From a virus (taxonomy: Duplodnaviria > Caudoviricetes), in the IMG/VR virus record IMGVR_UViG_3300012172_000002, positions 1 to 40,435 of that record: a stretch of 40,435 nucleotides of DNA; one strand, written 5' to 3'. Numbering within the stretch: the first letter of the stretch is position 1; every line of letters starts with the position of its first letter. Both the position numbers and the translations under genes were made by a program. Of this stretch, positions 7,874-16,066 are shown in pieces. The notes beneath the pieces are model-generated. The model saw nothing but the letters and a program-made list of their open reading frames with translations, was not told the DNA's origin and made no database searches.

Positions 7874-8190
7874 CAAAATGGGACGTCTTCGGTTACTGCT
7901 TCAACGTCTTTTATATCCATTGATTTAGCTATGAATTCATCAGCTGCGGCCATGATAGCCTTCTTCAATGCGTCGTTAATGTTTCTGTCTTCATAGCAAA
8001 GGAATTCGAAATATTTCTTCTTTCCTTCAAGCTCATATTGCCTAGATGGAAGGGTGATCCATCGCTTGTCCCCGCTTTCGAAGAGGCAGCATTCCCGGAT
8101 GATCAGGCCACCCCACTTGTGGAACTTGCAATTGAACTTGGCGACTAATGCGCCCTTTCTTACGAACTCTAACTTTTGAATTTCTATCAT
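7873..8190 (-). CDS. SpoVG-like or phage single-stranded DNA-binding protein
   Basis: RWITLPSRQYE motif; acidic tail ending EDVPF; in the replication operon. Confidence 0.6.
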   Translation of the reverse strand: MIEIQKLEFVRKGALVAKFNCKFHKWGGLIIRECCLFESGDKRWITLPSRQYELEGKKKYFEFLCYEDRNINDALKKAIMAAADEFIAKSMDIKDVEAVTEDVPF

Positions 8191-8280
8191 ATTTGACCTA
8201 CAATTGATTTATTTATGTTATCCATGTAACTTGACCTATGGATTGTGTTATAAGCCTGACGGCCCGTTTCTGTGTTAATT

Positions 8281-9108
8281 TTAGGCATTCAACAATTCCG
8301 GGTGTTGTCTATAGTCTCCTCCAAATCGATATATAAACAAATTTCTTTTATCTAAAATCCTGCTAGCTGTCCTAGCGCCTACTTTAGATTCAAGCTCTTT
8401 AGGATGGCAGTTTGTTGTAATAAGCGTCTTTCTTCTGTCAGCATACCTTCTATCTACTAGATCTAAAATTTTTTCTATCTGCCAATCCGTACCCGTAGTA
8501 GATCCTAAATCATCCAATATAAGATACTTAACATCAGATAATTTTGCAATGATTTCATACTCGGAACGGCCTTCATGATTAGCTTTTTTCATTTCTTCCA
8601 AAGCCCTTTGTGTGGTGGTGTAGTAGACATTCTCCCCAATATCATCAAGATAATTTAACATGGAAGCACAAAGAGTTGTCTTCCTGCAACCAGTTGATCC
8701 CATCATGCAAAGAAATGTCCTTTCATCTCTTATCCAAGCCTTAATATCTTGCAAAATCTTTGGAGGGGCTTCATAATTTGCCATAGTCCAATTGTGAAAA
8801 TCACAACCCATTTGAAACTTTTCAGCCGCTGTTTTAACAGGCAAATTTTCATTAATTTGTACCTTTGGAGGAGGTACATGAAACTTTTCAGACTTAAATT
8901 TTGATAGGTCTACATGCTTTTTAGGTTTAGACTCCTCATGCTGACAGAATACAATCCATTTACCGTTAGGGTTTGTTGAATCTTCCCGCCCAACATGAAA
9001 AGTATTTCCTCCACATGAAACACATTCATGAGGGTAGTTTTTAATTATTTTTGCTCCATCTTTTTCTTCAAGTTGCTCCGCTTGAATACCAACCGGTTGG
9101 AATATCAT
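8281..9108 (-). CDS. DnaC/IstB-like AAA+ helicase loader
   Basis: Walker A-like GSTGCRKT, Walker B LILDDLG, TLITTN, RTASRI; start uncertain (frame is open to 9219). Confidence 0.85.
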   Translation of the reverse strand: MIFQPVGIQAEQLEEKDGAKIIKNYPHECVSCGGNTFHVGREDSTNPNGKWIVFCQHEESKPKKHVDLSKFKSEKFHVPPPKVQINENLPVKTAAEKFQMGCDFHNWTMANYEAPPKILQDIKAWIRDERTFLCMMGSTGCRKTTLCASMLNYLDDIGENVYYTTTQRALEEMKKANHEGRSEYEIIAKLSDVKYLILDDLGSTTGTDWQIEKILDLVDRRYADRRKTLITTNCHPKELESKVGARTASRILDKRNLFIYRFGGDYRQHPELLNA

Positions 9109-9853
9109 CCGGCCGTTGATTAATTGCCCCTTTATCTGAAGCTCTCCCTTTGAAGGGAAAAGCTGAGGATTTAGGATTTTTTTTGTCTCTTTTGATAAAA
9201 GTTCTGAAAGCAGCTTCATAATCTAAATATCCTTTTGGTCGGTTGTTTGTGCAATAGTCATCTATGCATTCAATCACGTCCTTTACCGTGTTGAATCCGT
9301 GTTCCTGGACAAGTTTGTTGTAAGATTCCTCCTTTAACCGTACGAATTTACCGTACAATTTGCGATCATCTGTCTTTTTCTCGCGCGCACGCGGTTTATA
9401 TATATCTTTTTCTAACTCAATATTTGGTAACTCATTAATTGGTATTATACCCCCATTATCCACGCGTGGATGATCCACGTGTGGATAAGAGGGTTCTGGA
9501 ATATTTTTTTGAATGTTTTTCTCAACAGGTTCAGAGTAAACATCATATCGATGAACCCAAAAACCTTGAGAATCTTGTGATTTAGAATAGGTGATGTAGC
9601 CAGCATTTTTCAATTCTTTAATCAAGGAAAGAACAGCCTTCTCCCCTCCACCCTTCTTTTTTCCTTCATAGAATCGTGACAATTGCCAAGTGTGAAGTTT
9701 CCAAGTTTTTGATCGGCTTAAAAGATATCCCAGCAACCCTTTAGCAGCCCAAGAAATGTTCGGATTTTCCCAAATTGAGTTAGGCAAATTCCTAAATGGA
9801 CCTTCATATTGATGGACATGTATGTTGTAATTTGCTGATTCTGTAGGACTCAT
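9068..9853 (-). CDS. Replication initiator (lambda O-like, N-terminal winged helix)
   Basis: LPNSIWENPNISWAAKGLLGYLLSR...LIKELKNAGYI; upstream of the loader; carries an internal ori-like palindrome. Confidence 0.8.
   Translation of the reverse strand: MSPTESANYNIHVHQYEGPFRNLPNSIWENPNISWAAKGLLGYLLSRSKTWKLHTWQLSRFYEGKKKGGGEKAVLSLIKELKNAGYITYSKSQDSQGFWVHRYDVYSEPVEKNIQKNIPEPSYPHVDHPRVDNGGIIPINELPNIELEKDIYKPRAREKKTDDRKLYGKFVRLKEESYNKLVQEHGFNTVKDVIECIDDYCTNNRPKGYLDYEAAFRTFIKRDKKNPKSSAFPFKGRASDKGAINQRPDDIPTGWYSSGAT
9456..9488. other. Putative replication origin: 33-bp palindrome of four DnaA-box-like 9-mers
   Basis: TTATCCACG CGTGGAT G ATCCACG TGTGGATAA; the last 9-mer is a perfect TTATCCACA on the minus strand; AT-rich flanks. 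Confidence 0.6.
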
Positions 9854-9939
9854 AGCAACCTTCTTTTTTGTGTTGGTTAAATAACCGAAGGCTGCTATAG
9901 TGATAGATATCTAGAGTCTATCATATATAGCGCCTTCGG
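9852..9939 (-). promoter_or_regulatory. Two-state leader of the initiator mRNA (anti-anti-SD, anti-SD, SD+AUG)
   Basis: 9885-9899 can pair with either 9926-9939 or 9852-9863. Confidence 0.65.
9873..9901 (+). promoter_or_regulatory. Antisense promoter
   Basis: TTGGTT-17 nt-TATAGT with extended TGn. Confidence 0.6.
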
Positions 9940-9970
9940 AGAGGCCCCATTCAACAGGTGGGGCCTTTTC
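9907..9970 (+). ncRNA. Putative counter-transcribed RNA (about 63 nt) against the initiator leader
   Basis: Bounded by the promoter above and the terminator AGGCCCCAT/GTGGGGCCT-TTT at 9942-9969. Confidence 0.6.
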
Positions 9971-10060
9971 ATTCTCATCAAACTAATCTTTCCAGCTGAT
10001 AAATACAAGAAGTTTTGAAATATTTTTCATCTCTATGAACTCTAGTGCTTTACGAACGAG

Positions 10061-10089
10061 TTGACAAAAAATAATTGTTTTCATAACTT
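10061..10089 (+). promoter_or_regulatory. Antisense promoter 2
   Basis: TTGACA-17 nt-TAACTT. Confidence 0.55.
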
Positions 10090-10094
10090 GAACT

Positions 10095-10163
10095 TGTTCA
10101 TCAATGTAATGATGACTCCTTTCGGTTGTGTTGCCCTCGGCGGATATCCGTCGGGGGTTTTTT
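10095..10163 (+). ncRNA. Putative small RNA (about 68 nt) with an exposed anti-SD sequence
   Basis: 5-prime hairpin TCATCA/TGATGA, then CTCCTTTC, then an 11-bp terminator at 10133-10158 whose G-U pairs form only on the + strand, then a T run. Confidence 0.55.
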
Positions 10164-10350
10164 ATCTCTTCCTAAGCTCCTCAGCTGTCACAGACCCTCC
10201 AGTGTATAGCTCAATGACCTTCGCAAGCTTTACGCTCGGTAGGATAATTTTTAGGGTAATTTGGTTTAGGTAAACACGGCTCACGTTGATGTCTCTTGCC
10301 ATTTGTGCGATTTTTATGCGTTGCTGGTGTAAATAGTCTCTCAGTTCCAC
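10162..10350 (-). CDS. Cro/YdaS-like HTH regulator
   Basis: LRDYL...AQMARDINVSRVYLNQI...PSVKLAKVIE.YTGGSVT; GTG start after AAGGAGG. Confidence 0.8.
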   Translation of the reverse strand: MELRDYLHQQRIKIAQMARDINVSRVYLNQITLKIILPSVKLAKVIELYTGGSVTAEELRKR

Positions 10351-10373
10351 AAGTCCCTCCTTGTTTTGACCAT

Positions 10374-10434
10374 ATGATAACACTTGTATGAATTTAAGTC
10401 AAGGCTTGACATAAATTAGGGTCTATGTTATCTT
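10374..10434. promoter_or_regulatory. Back-to-back symmetric early promoters with a central 27-bp palindrome
   Basis: Minus: TTGACT-17-TATCAT; plus: TTGACA-17-TATCTT; both with TGn; palindrome AATTTAAGTCAAGGCTTGACATAAATT at 10391-10417. Confidence 0.75.
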
Positions 10435-10481
10435 ACATAAGTATCAGCACAAAGCTGACAAAAACGAAAAAGAGGTACAAT

Positions 10482-10670
10482 ATGAAAGACTTAGAACTGT
10501 TGATAGAAACTGGAATCAGATTAAGCAATCGGTTAGCCACCATGGCAGATAACGAATATAAATTTGGTTTTGAGGTGGGACTTATGCTTGAAAGACTAAG
10601 CTATGACCAGTATGTCATAACAAACGAACTTAAAGCCATAAACGATCAAATGGTAGGGGGTCGAGTATGA
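10482..10670 (+). CDS. Hypothetical protein
   Basis: AGAGG SD before the ATG at 10482. Confidence 0.6.
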   Translation: MKDLELLIETGIRLSNRLATMADNEYKFGFEVGLMLERLSYDQYVITNELKAINDQMVGGRV

Positions 10671-10852
10671 TAGACCCCGATTCCTCCTTCTACCTAGAGC
10701 AATCTAAGTGGTGGGACAGATTAGAAAAACATAGAGACAGTATTTTAGATAGACTTTCTGAGGCGGATAAGGCTGCAATTTTTCAGAATTTAGATGATTT
10801 TATATACCACTACAAGCAGGAGAATGACTATGTCGAACTTGATGATTGCTAA
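10667..10852 (+). CDS. Hypothetical protein
   Basis: ATGA coupling. Confidence 0.6.
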   Translation: MIDPDSSFYLEQSKWWDRLEKHRDSILDRLSEADKAAIFQNLDDFIYHYKQENDYVELDDC

Positions 10853-11576
10853 TAATGACTTAAGCATTTTAGAGACAATTGCTCAATCAGCCTATAAATC
10901 CGGCCTCTACTCAGGGGTCGGAGCTAAGGAGAAAATCTTCATGGTGCTAATGGCCGCCTATGACCTGGGCATTAAGCCAACGATTGCCCTCAATGGGGGC
11001 ATTTGGAACATCCAGGGCAAAATTGAGATCTCTGCTCGGCTCATGACGTCAATGATTAGGCGAGCGGGTCACAGCCTGTCAATCAAGCAATGCGATGCAA
11101 CGGCCTGTATTATCAAAGGAAAGCGCGCTGACAACGGCGATGAGGCTGAGGCTAGCTTTACTATGGATGACGCCATAAAGGCCGGCCTAGCAAGCCGGGA
11201 TGTGTGGAAGAAGTATACCGAGGACATGCTTTATTCGCGGGCAATCTCAAGGCTTGGAAGAAGACTTTTCCCGGATGTGATCGGGACGGCCTATGTTGAG
11301 GGAGAGATTCGAGATGAGCAGGTGATCGACGTCACCCCAAATCTGGACATTCCAGAGCCAAAGCCAAAGAAAGAGACTCCCCCTGTCGAACTAATTGCAG
11401 AGGATAAAGTCGGAAGGCTTGTGTTGCTCTCGAAGGAATGCGATCCAAAGTATTTGGAAGCAGTAGAAAATCACCTAAAAGAAATGGGTGTCAACTCATT
11501 TTCCGAGATTCCGGTGTCACTGTACACCCGAATCGAAAAGGGAATGATGGAGAATATTAAGGTTAAAAAGGTTTAA
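10830..11576 (+). CDS. recT: RecT-family single-strand annealing protein
   Basis: AYDLGIKPTIAL..IWNIQGK and AIKAGL...VWKKYTEDMLYSRAISRLGRRLFPDVI; adjacent to an exonuclease; CAGGAG SD. Confidence 0.8.
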   Translation: MSNLMIANNDLSILETIAQSAYKSGLYSGVGAKEKIFMVLMAAYDLGIKPTIALNGGIWNIQGKIEISARLMTSMIRRAGHSLSIKQCDATACIIKGKRADNGDEAEASFTMDDAIKAGLASRDVWKKYTEDMLYSRAISRLGRRLFPDVIGTAYVEGEIRDEQVIDVTPNLDIPEPKPKKETPPVELIAEDKVGRLVLLSKECDPKYLEAVENHLKEMGVNSFSEIPVSLYTRIEKGMMENIKVKKV

Positions 11577-11609
11577 TTATGTTTAATTCATATTTTTGGG
11601 AAGTACCGG

Positions 11610-12191
11610 ATGAAGATTATTCAGGAGATGATTCAAGGTTCTACAGAATGGCTACAATGGAGAAAGAGCAAAATATCTGCCACAAATGCGGCCGTGATCC
11701 TAGACCTGAATCCTTTCCAGTCGAAGTTACAGCTATGGCAGGAAAAAGTTTTGGGCTGGGAAAAGGTTTTGTCCGATAAAGAACTCAAGCGCATGCAACT
11801 GGGCACCGATATGGAGCCCGTTGCACGCGCACTCTATATCGAACAGACTGGACAAGAAGTATTTCCTGTTTGCGCGGAAAGCTCTGTTTACGATTTTATC
11901 GCAGCTTCCTTCGATGGATTGACGGTAAATGCAAGTTCTGCCGTTGAGATAAAATGCGGCAAGAGCGCTTTCATGTCAGCCAGGAAAGGAGAGATCCCGC
12001 CCTACTACTACGCACAGATGCAACATCAAATGTACGTTGCAGAATTGGAATGGATTCATTATTTCACTTATTATGAATTCAGTCATATCCTCTTGACTGT
12101 AAATCGCAATGAGCAATTCATTGCGAACATGGTTGAAAAAGAAAAAGAATTTTGGCAATCTATTGTGGAACTTAAAGCACCTATGGATTGA
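11610..12191 (+). CDS. YqaJ-like (lambda exonuclease family) exonuclease
   Basis: QGSTEWLQWRKSKISAT, GTDMEPVAR, ASFDGL, VEIKC, YYAQMQHQM. Confidence 0.92.
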   Translation: MKIIQEMIQGSTEWLQWRKSKISATNAAVILDLNPFQSKLQLWQEKVLGWEKVLSDKELKRMQLGTDMEPVARALYIEQTGQEVFPVCAESSVYDFIAASFDGLTVNASSAVEIKCGKSAFMSARKGEIPPYYYAQMQHQMYVAELEWIHYFTYYEFSHILLTVNRNEQFIANMVEKEKEFWQSIVELKAPMD

Positions 12192-12397
12192 ATATGAAAC
12201 AATTAGAGCTATTTGAGACCACAAAAGATTATAATGATGAGTTGCAAGAGATTAGAAATGAAATGGATAAGCTCAGGAAATCATTGTTTGCCCGTCATGG
12301 CGATTTAAAGAAAAATTACAATGAAATTGCTCATGAGCTTATGGTGTTAAAAATAAATATCTGTCGAGGAAAAATCGCAAATGAGGCATTGCTTTAA
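12188..12397 (+). CDS. Hypothetical coiled-coil protein
   Basis: ORF coupled to the exonuclease stop. Confidence 0.6.
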   Translation: MNMKQLELFETTKDYNDELQEIRNEMDKLRKSLFARHGDLKKNYNEIAHELMVLKINICRGKIANEALL

Positions 12398-12608
12398 TTT
12401 GGAAGGGATGAAATTTGGTTTTTGGAAAGTTTTAAGCCAGGTTCCATGCCCTTCGCATATCAAGGGACATGTCACCGCTGCCTATTGGCTATGTGAATGC
12501 GATTGCGGCCACAAGTCAATTGTTAGAGGGACCGAGTTAAGAAATATGCGATCAACCTCCTGCGGATGCAGTACAATAAGGAAACTCCATGAAAGAAATA
12601 ATGTTTAG
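12381..12608 (+). CDS. Stand-alone N-terminal DNA-binding module of HNH/AP2-type phage proteins
   Basis: GMKFGFWKVL...YWLCECDCG...LRNMRSTSCGC; no nuclease domain follows. Confidence 0.7.
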   Translation: MRHCFNLEGMKFGFWKVLSQVPCPSHIKGHVTAAYWLCECDCGHKSIVRGTELRNMRSTSCGCSTIRKLHERNNV

Positions 12609-12828
12609 TATATTGATTTCGATGCCATGCTTTGGCTGCTTGAAGTGTAATGAGATCGAATATGAAGTTTTGTCTAAAATTACTCAGATTGTCCAGGAAT
12701 ATAATCAGGATCATGATGATTACGGAGCATTTGAGCAAGCTATTCTAACGGCTAAATTGCAGCCATACATTGAGTTGCATGAAAAGTTCTTTAAGCAAGA
12801 TTATTCAAGCCTAAATCTTTGCGACTAG
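12589..12828 (+). CDS. Hypothetical protein
   Basis: Last + strand gene; stop overlaps the convergent gene. Confidence 0.5.
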   Translation: MKEIMFSILISMPCFGCLKCNEIEYEVLSKITQIVQEYNQDHDDYGAFEQAILTAKLQPYIELHEKFFKQDYSSLNLCD

Positions 12829-13427
12829 GATATTAGCATAGAGTATGAGATAACAACGTTAGCCGGGTTTGAAGTGAAAGCAGGGGTTACAAACTGCATC
12901 TGAAAATAATCACCGGCTGATACTGCTATGCTTAATCCAGTGTATGTAAAACTTTTTGGTGAAGATGACCATGTGACGGATGTCGAAAGATTTACTGCTG
13001 CCCCACCATTGATTAAATATCTATGGGTAATATTCTCACCGGTTCCCAAAGTTCCTACTTGAACAGTCCCATATATAGTAGTAATTGTTCCAGCCGCAGG
13101 GATCATTACTTGTGATAAAGCATTATTAGCGGTCACAAGACCTGCCGCATTGTCCGCAGATACAAAATAGGTTGTAGAATCGTTTATAGTGGCTGTATTC
13201 CTTGTGTAAAAAGCAGTAACCTTTTTTGCTCCCCCTGAAAAAGCCTGAAAAGAAGGCAGGTTTGAAGCTCCATTAGAAGTTAACGCATTTGTAGATGATC
13301 CAAGAGATGCAACAGATTGCAACGCACCTGTTGCAGTTGTCCCTCCACAAATTGGAGTGTAGGCTGTAAAAGATGAATTACCACTACCACCTTCAGGAAC
13401 TGTCAATATTTTAGGTTTATATGCCAT
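12825..13427 (-). CDS. Tail fibre tip or adhesin, paralogue 3
   Basis: MAYKPKILTVPEGGSG N-terminus; T/S/G/A-rich beta domain. Confidence 0.7.
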   Translation of the reverse strand: MAYKPKILTVPEGGSGNSSFTAYTPICGGTTATGALQSVASLGSSTNALTSNGASNLPSFQAFSGGAKKVTAFYTRNTATINDSTTYFVSADNAAGLVTANNALSQVMIPAAGTITTIYGTVQVGTLGTGENITHRYLINGGAAVNLSTSVTWSSSPKSFTYTGLSIAVSAGDYFQMQFVTPAFTSNPANVVISYSMLIS

Positions 13428-13428
13428 A

Positions 13429-14025
13429 TTAGCTAAATGCCAGTGAAAATGTTGTTGTAACGGTTGTTGGATTTGTTGCCCAGGTTGGGGTTACGATTTT
13501 AATCTGAATATAATCCCCAGCCGATAATGATAGCCCAATCGATGTTGCCGTTATTAAGGTTGGATTTGTTGTCCATTGAGACGTTGTCGTTAAGGCTGTA
13601 TCGGTTGTGTTATTCACTCTCGCATATATGCTTACGTTCTCATTGCTTCCCAAAGTTCCAGCTATTACCACCCTTCCATAAACAGCATTTAGAGTACAAT
13701 TTATTGGAATATACAACCATGATTGGGGTCTGCTTTGAGTCGTCTCAAAAGTGTTTCTTGTCCCAGCATAATATGTGGTTGCATCAAGTGGTGCTCCAGC
13801 ATTGTCCACTCCGTTAAAGTTCATTATAAACGTTGAGGCTACAGTTTGAAAACTGGGTAATGATCCAGCACCATTTGACAATAAAACATTTCCAGAAGAT
13901 CCCACACTGATTGATTGCAAAGGTCCCGTCGATGTTGTTCCACCAAACAAAACACTATAAGCGGTATTTGAAGAAACTCCAGAACCACCTTCTGCGATTG
14001 CTAAAACTTTAGGCTTATATGACAT
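13429..14025 (-). CDS. Tail fibre tip or adhesin, paralogue 2
   Basis: MSYKPKVLAIAEGGSG; AGDYIQIKIVTP. Confidence 0.7.
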   Translation of the reverse strand: MSYKPKVLAIAEGGSGVSSNTAYSVLFGGTTSTGPLQSISVGSSGNVLLSNGAGSLPSFQTVASTFIMNFNGVDNAGAPLDATTYYAGTRNTFETTQSRPQSWLYIPINCTLNAVYGRVVIAGTLGSNENVSIYARVNNTTDTALTTTSQWTTNPTLITATSIGLSLSAGDYIQIKIVTPTWATNPTTVTTTFSLAFS

Positions 14026-14027
14026 GT

Positions 14028-14630
14028 TTATCCTGAAAAAACAAAATTAGCAATAATACGTACAGCAAGTGGATTTGTGGGGTTCCAAACCGGTGTTACA
14101 ATTTTTAATTGTATGTAATCACCAGCGGCAAGAGCTGTAGATAATCCGGTTACGCTAAAAGGAATACTTGCAACATCCCATGTTGAGGTTGTTGTAATCG
14201 TTACGTCAGTTGTGTTATTTACTCTAACATACATTGAAACTGCTTGGTTTGATCCGGCCGTACACTCAATAACACCATATACACCAGTTAAAGTACATGC
14301 GACAGGAATAAATGTCCAAGTATCAACATCTGTTTGAGCAGTCCCCATCGTTTGAATTGCGCCCACATAATAAGTTGTAGAATCTGCAGGTGTTCCATTT
14401 GCTGTACCTGACCATCTCAATATAGAAAATGTACCTCCAGGGGCATTTTGAAATGTAGGTAATGCACCAGCACCATTGGATGTTAAAACTTGACCAGATG
14501 TCCCAACTCCTGCTATTGACTGAATAGCGCCAGTTGAAGATGTTCCTCCGCATAAGACAGCATAATCTGTCGTAGAAGCAACTCCTGTGCCACCTTCTGG
14601 AACGGTTATAACTTTCGGTTTATATGACAT
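14028..14630 (-). CDS. Tail fibre tip or adhesin, paralogue 1
   Basis: MSYKPKVITVPEGGTG; GQVLTSNGAGALPTFQ fibre motif; AGDYIQLKIVTP. Confidence 0.7.
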   Translation of the reverse strand: MSYKPKVITVPEGGTGVASTTDYAVLCGGTSSTGAIQSIAGVGTSGQVLTSNGAGALPTFQNAPGGTFSILRWSGTANGTPADSTTYYVGAIQTMGTAQTDVDTWTFIPVACTLTGVYGVIECTAGSNQAVSMYVRVNNTTDVTITTTSTWDVASIPFSVTGLSTALAAGDYIQLKIVTPVWNPTNPLAVRIIANFVFSG

Positions 14631-14640
14631 ATTACCTTTT

Positions 14641-16065
14641 TTAGACTACGTTCCATTCCGTTCCATTATAGATAATGGTCACGGAGCCATAGTTCACATT
14701 AATCACAGAAGAAGCAGCGCCATCTATATTTTTTCCTGAAGGAGTCACCGTGATATTGTTTGCTGCGGCAGATCCAACACTATCTTTGATGATATGTCTT
14801 TGACCTGTGGTGGGTGAGGCTAGAGGAGTGATTGTCCTAGCTACTGAAGAATCTACCAAAATTAAACCATCTTGTGGAACGGTTGTATATGGATAGGCTC
14901 CGGGTGTTTTTATGACTATAGCATCGTTAGAGACAGGTTTTGGAACCTGAGTGGTGGTTGTCATCGCTGATGACGTGTCTCTGAAGTTAATCCCTGAATA
15001 ATTGATTGTTCCAGCTCCAGAGATTGCGGCAGCATTTGTAGACTTGACAACCACGTTTTGGACGAATCCGGAAGCTGTCATTACCAAAGCTGTAGCAGTT
15101 CCGGAAGTTAGATAGCTATCAAGGATATCATTTCCTCCACTTCCGCCTATTGTCAATGCTGTAGTGTTTATCCCTCCACAATCTATGATGGAATTTACCA
15201 TGGAAAAATTAGCTGTTCCGGAAGTGGTAATTGGAGTCAAAAATCTAGAATTATATAATTGACATTGACCGTTTGAAATAGTACTTGCAGTAGTGCTAGC
15301 AGATAGATTGTTGTCAAAAAAACAGTCTATGAAAATTAAACCACCGTTAAGAGATGTCAAAGAGGTATTTGTGACTGTGAATATGCTTGTGTTTACAGCT
15401 GTATTACCAGTGCATTCCTTTAACATTAACGAAGCGTTTGCGTTAGTGATGTGAATAGCATTACTATTAGAACAAGCCAGGAAACATTGAATGACTTTTA
15501 CTAGACAGATATTTGCACCTGTCATTTCAATGCAATAATCGCCATTTGTCGCCAAATATAATCCACAAATCGAATTCTGATTATTGGCATTGCTGGCATT
15601 ACATGTTATCTTTCCTTGTATAATTACATCACCGATAGCCCCATCACCATTAAAAGCCGTTAGAGAAATTCCAGCAGGCAAAGTTATATTCTCAACATAG
15701 GTTCCTGGCTGAATAAATATCATGCAGTTTACGCCAGTACCAGCAGCGGATGCAACGGCTGCATTAATGGTAGTAAAATTTGCGCCTGTCCCAACAGTTC
15801 CGGATGCCGCAACGATAAACCTTGCAACATGTAGGTCGCTTCCTGTGCTGGATAAATCAATTGTTCCCTGTCCGTTAGATATGTCGATTGATCCATCTAG
15901 TGAGGTAAGGTTACTGGGTCTAACAAATGGTGATACAGATGATCCAATCCATAACTGACCATCTTGATTCATGACAGTTGTTCGCTGTGTACCGTCAAAA
16001 CAACAGCTATCAGCGAACATAATCGTTTCTGGACTTTGGCCATCCCCCGTAGTAAATCCACCCAT
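14641..16065 (-). CDS. Tailspike-like protein with a pectin-lyase-type beta-helix
   Basis: ANFTTINAAV...IFIQPGTYVENITL cap motif, Asn/Cys-rich rungs, C-terminal IIKDSVGSAAANNITV...IDG module. Confidence 0.75.
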   Translation of the reverse strand: MGGFTTGDGQSPETIMFADSCCFDGTQRTTVMNQDGQLWIGSSVSPFVRPSNLTSLDGSIDISNGQGTIDLSSTGSDLHVARFIVAASGTVGTGANFTTINAAVASAAGTGVNCMIFIQPGTYVENITLPAGISLTAFNGDGAIGDVIIQGKITCNASNANNQNSICGLYLATNGDYCIEMTGANICLVKVIQCFLACSNSNAIHITNANASLMLKECTGNTAVNTSIFTVTNTSLTSLNGGLIFIDCFFDNNLSASTTASTISNGQCQLYNSRFLTPITTSGTANFSMVNSIIDCGGINTTALTIGGSGGNDILDSYLTSGTATALVMTASGFVQNVVVKSTNAAAISGAGTINYSGINFRDTSSAMTTTTQVPKPVSNDAIVIKTPGAYPYTTVPQDGLILVDSSVARTITPLASPTTGQRHIIKDSVGSAAANNITVTPSGKNIDGAASSVINVNYGSVTIIYNGTEWNVV

Positions 16066-16066
16066 C

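Noticed and set aside
8193-8252. TTGACCTA...TGTTAT repeated twice between the loader and SSB-like genes
   Set aside because: Short, unequal spacing, and no -10 at a proper distance; may be chance
10061-10273. 70-aa + strand ORF
   Set aside because: Its TTG start is the -35 box, it crosses a terminator, and it overlaps the cro-like gene in antisense
12381-12608. Mobile homing endonuclease
   Set aside because: Only the N-terminal Cys module is present; there is no HNH or other nuclease motif and no interrupted host gene
12825-14630. Shufflon or diversity-generating retroelement acting on the three tip genes
   Set aside because: All three are in the same orientation with their own starts; no identical crossover sites, invertase, reverse transcriptase or adenine-specific TR/VR pair seen
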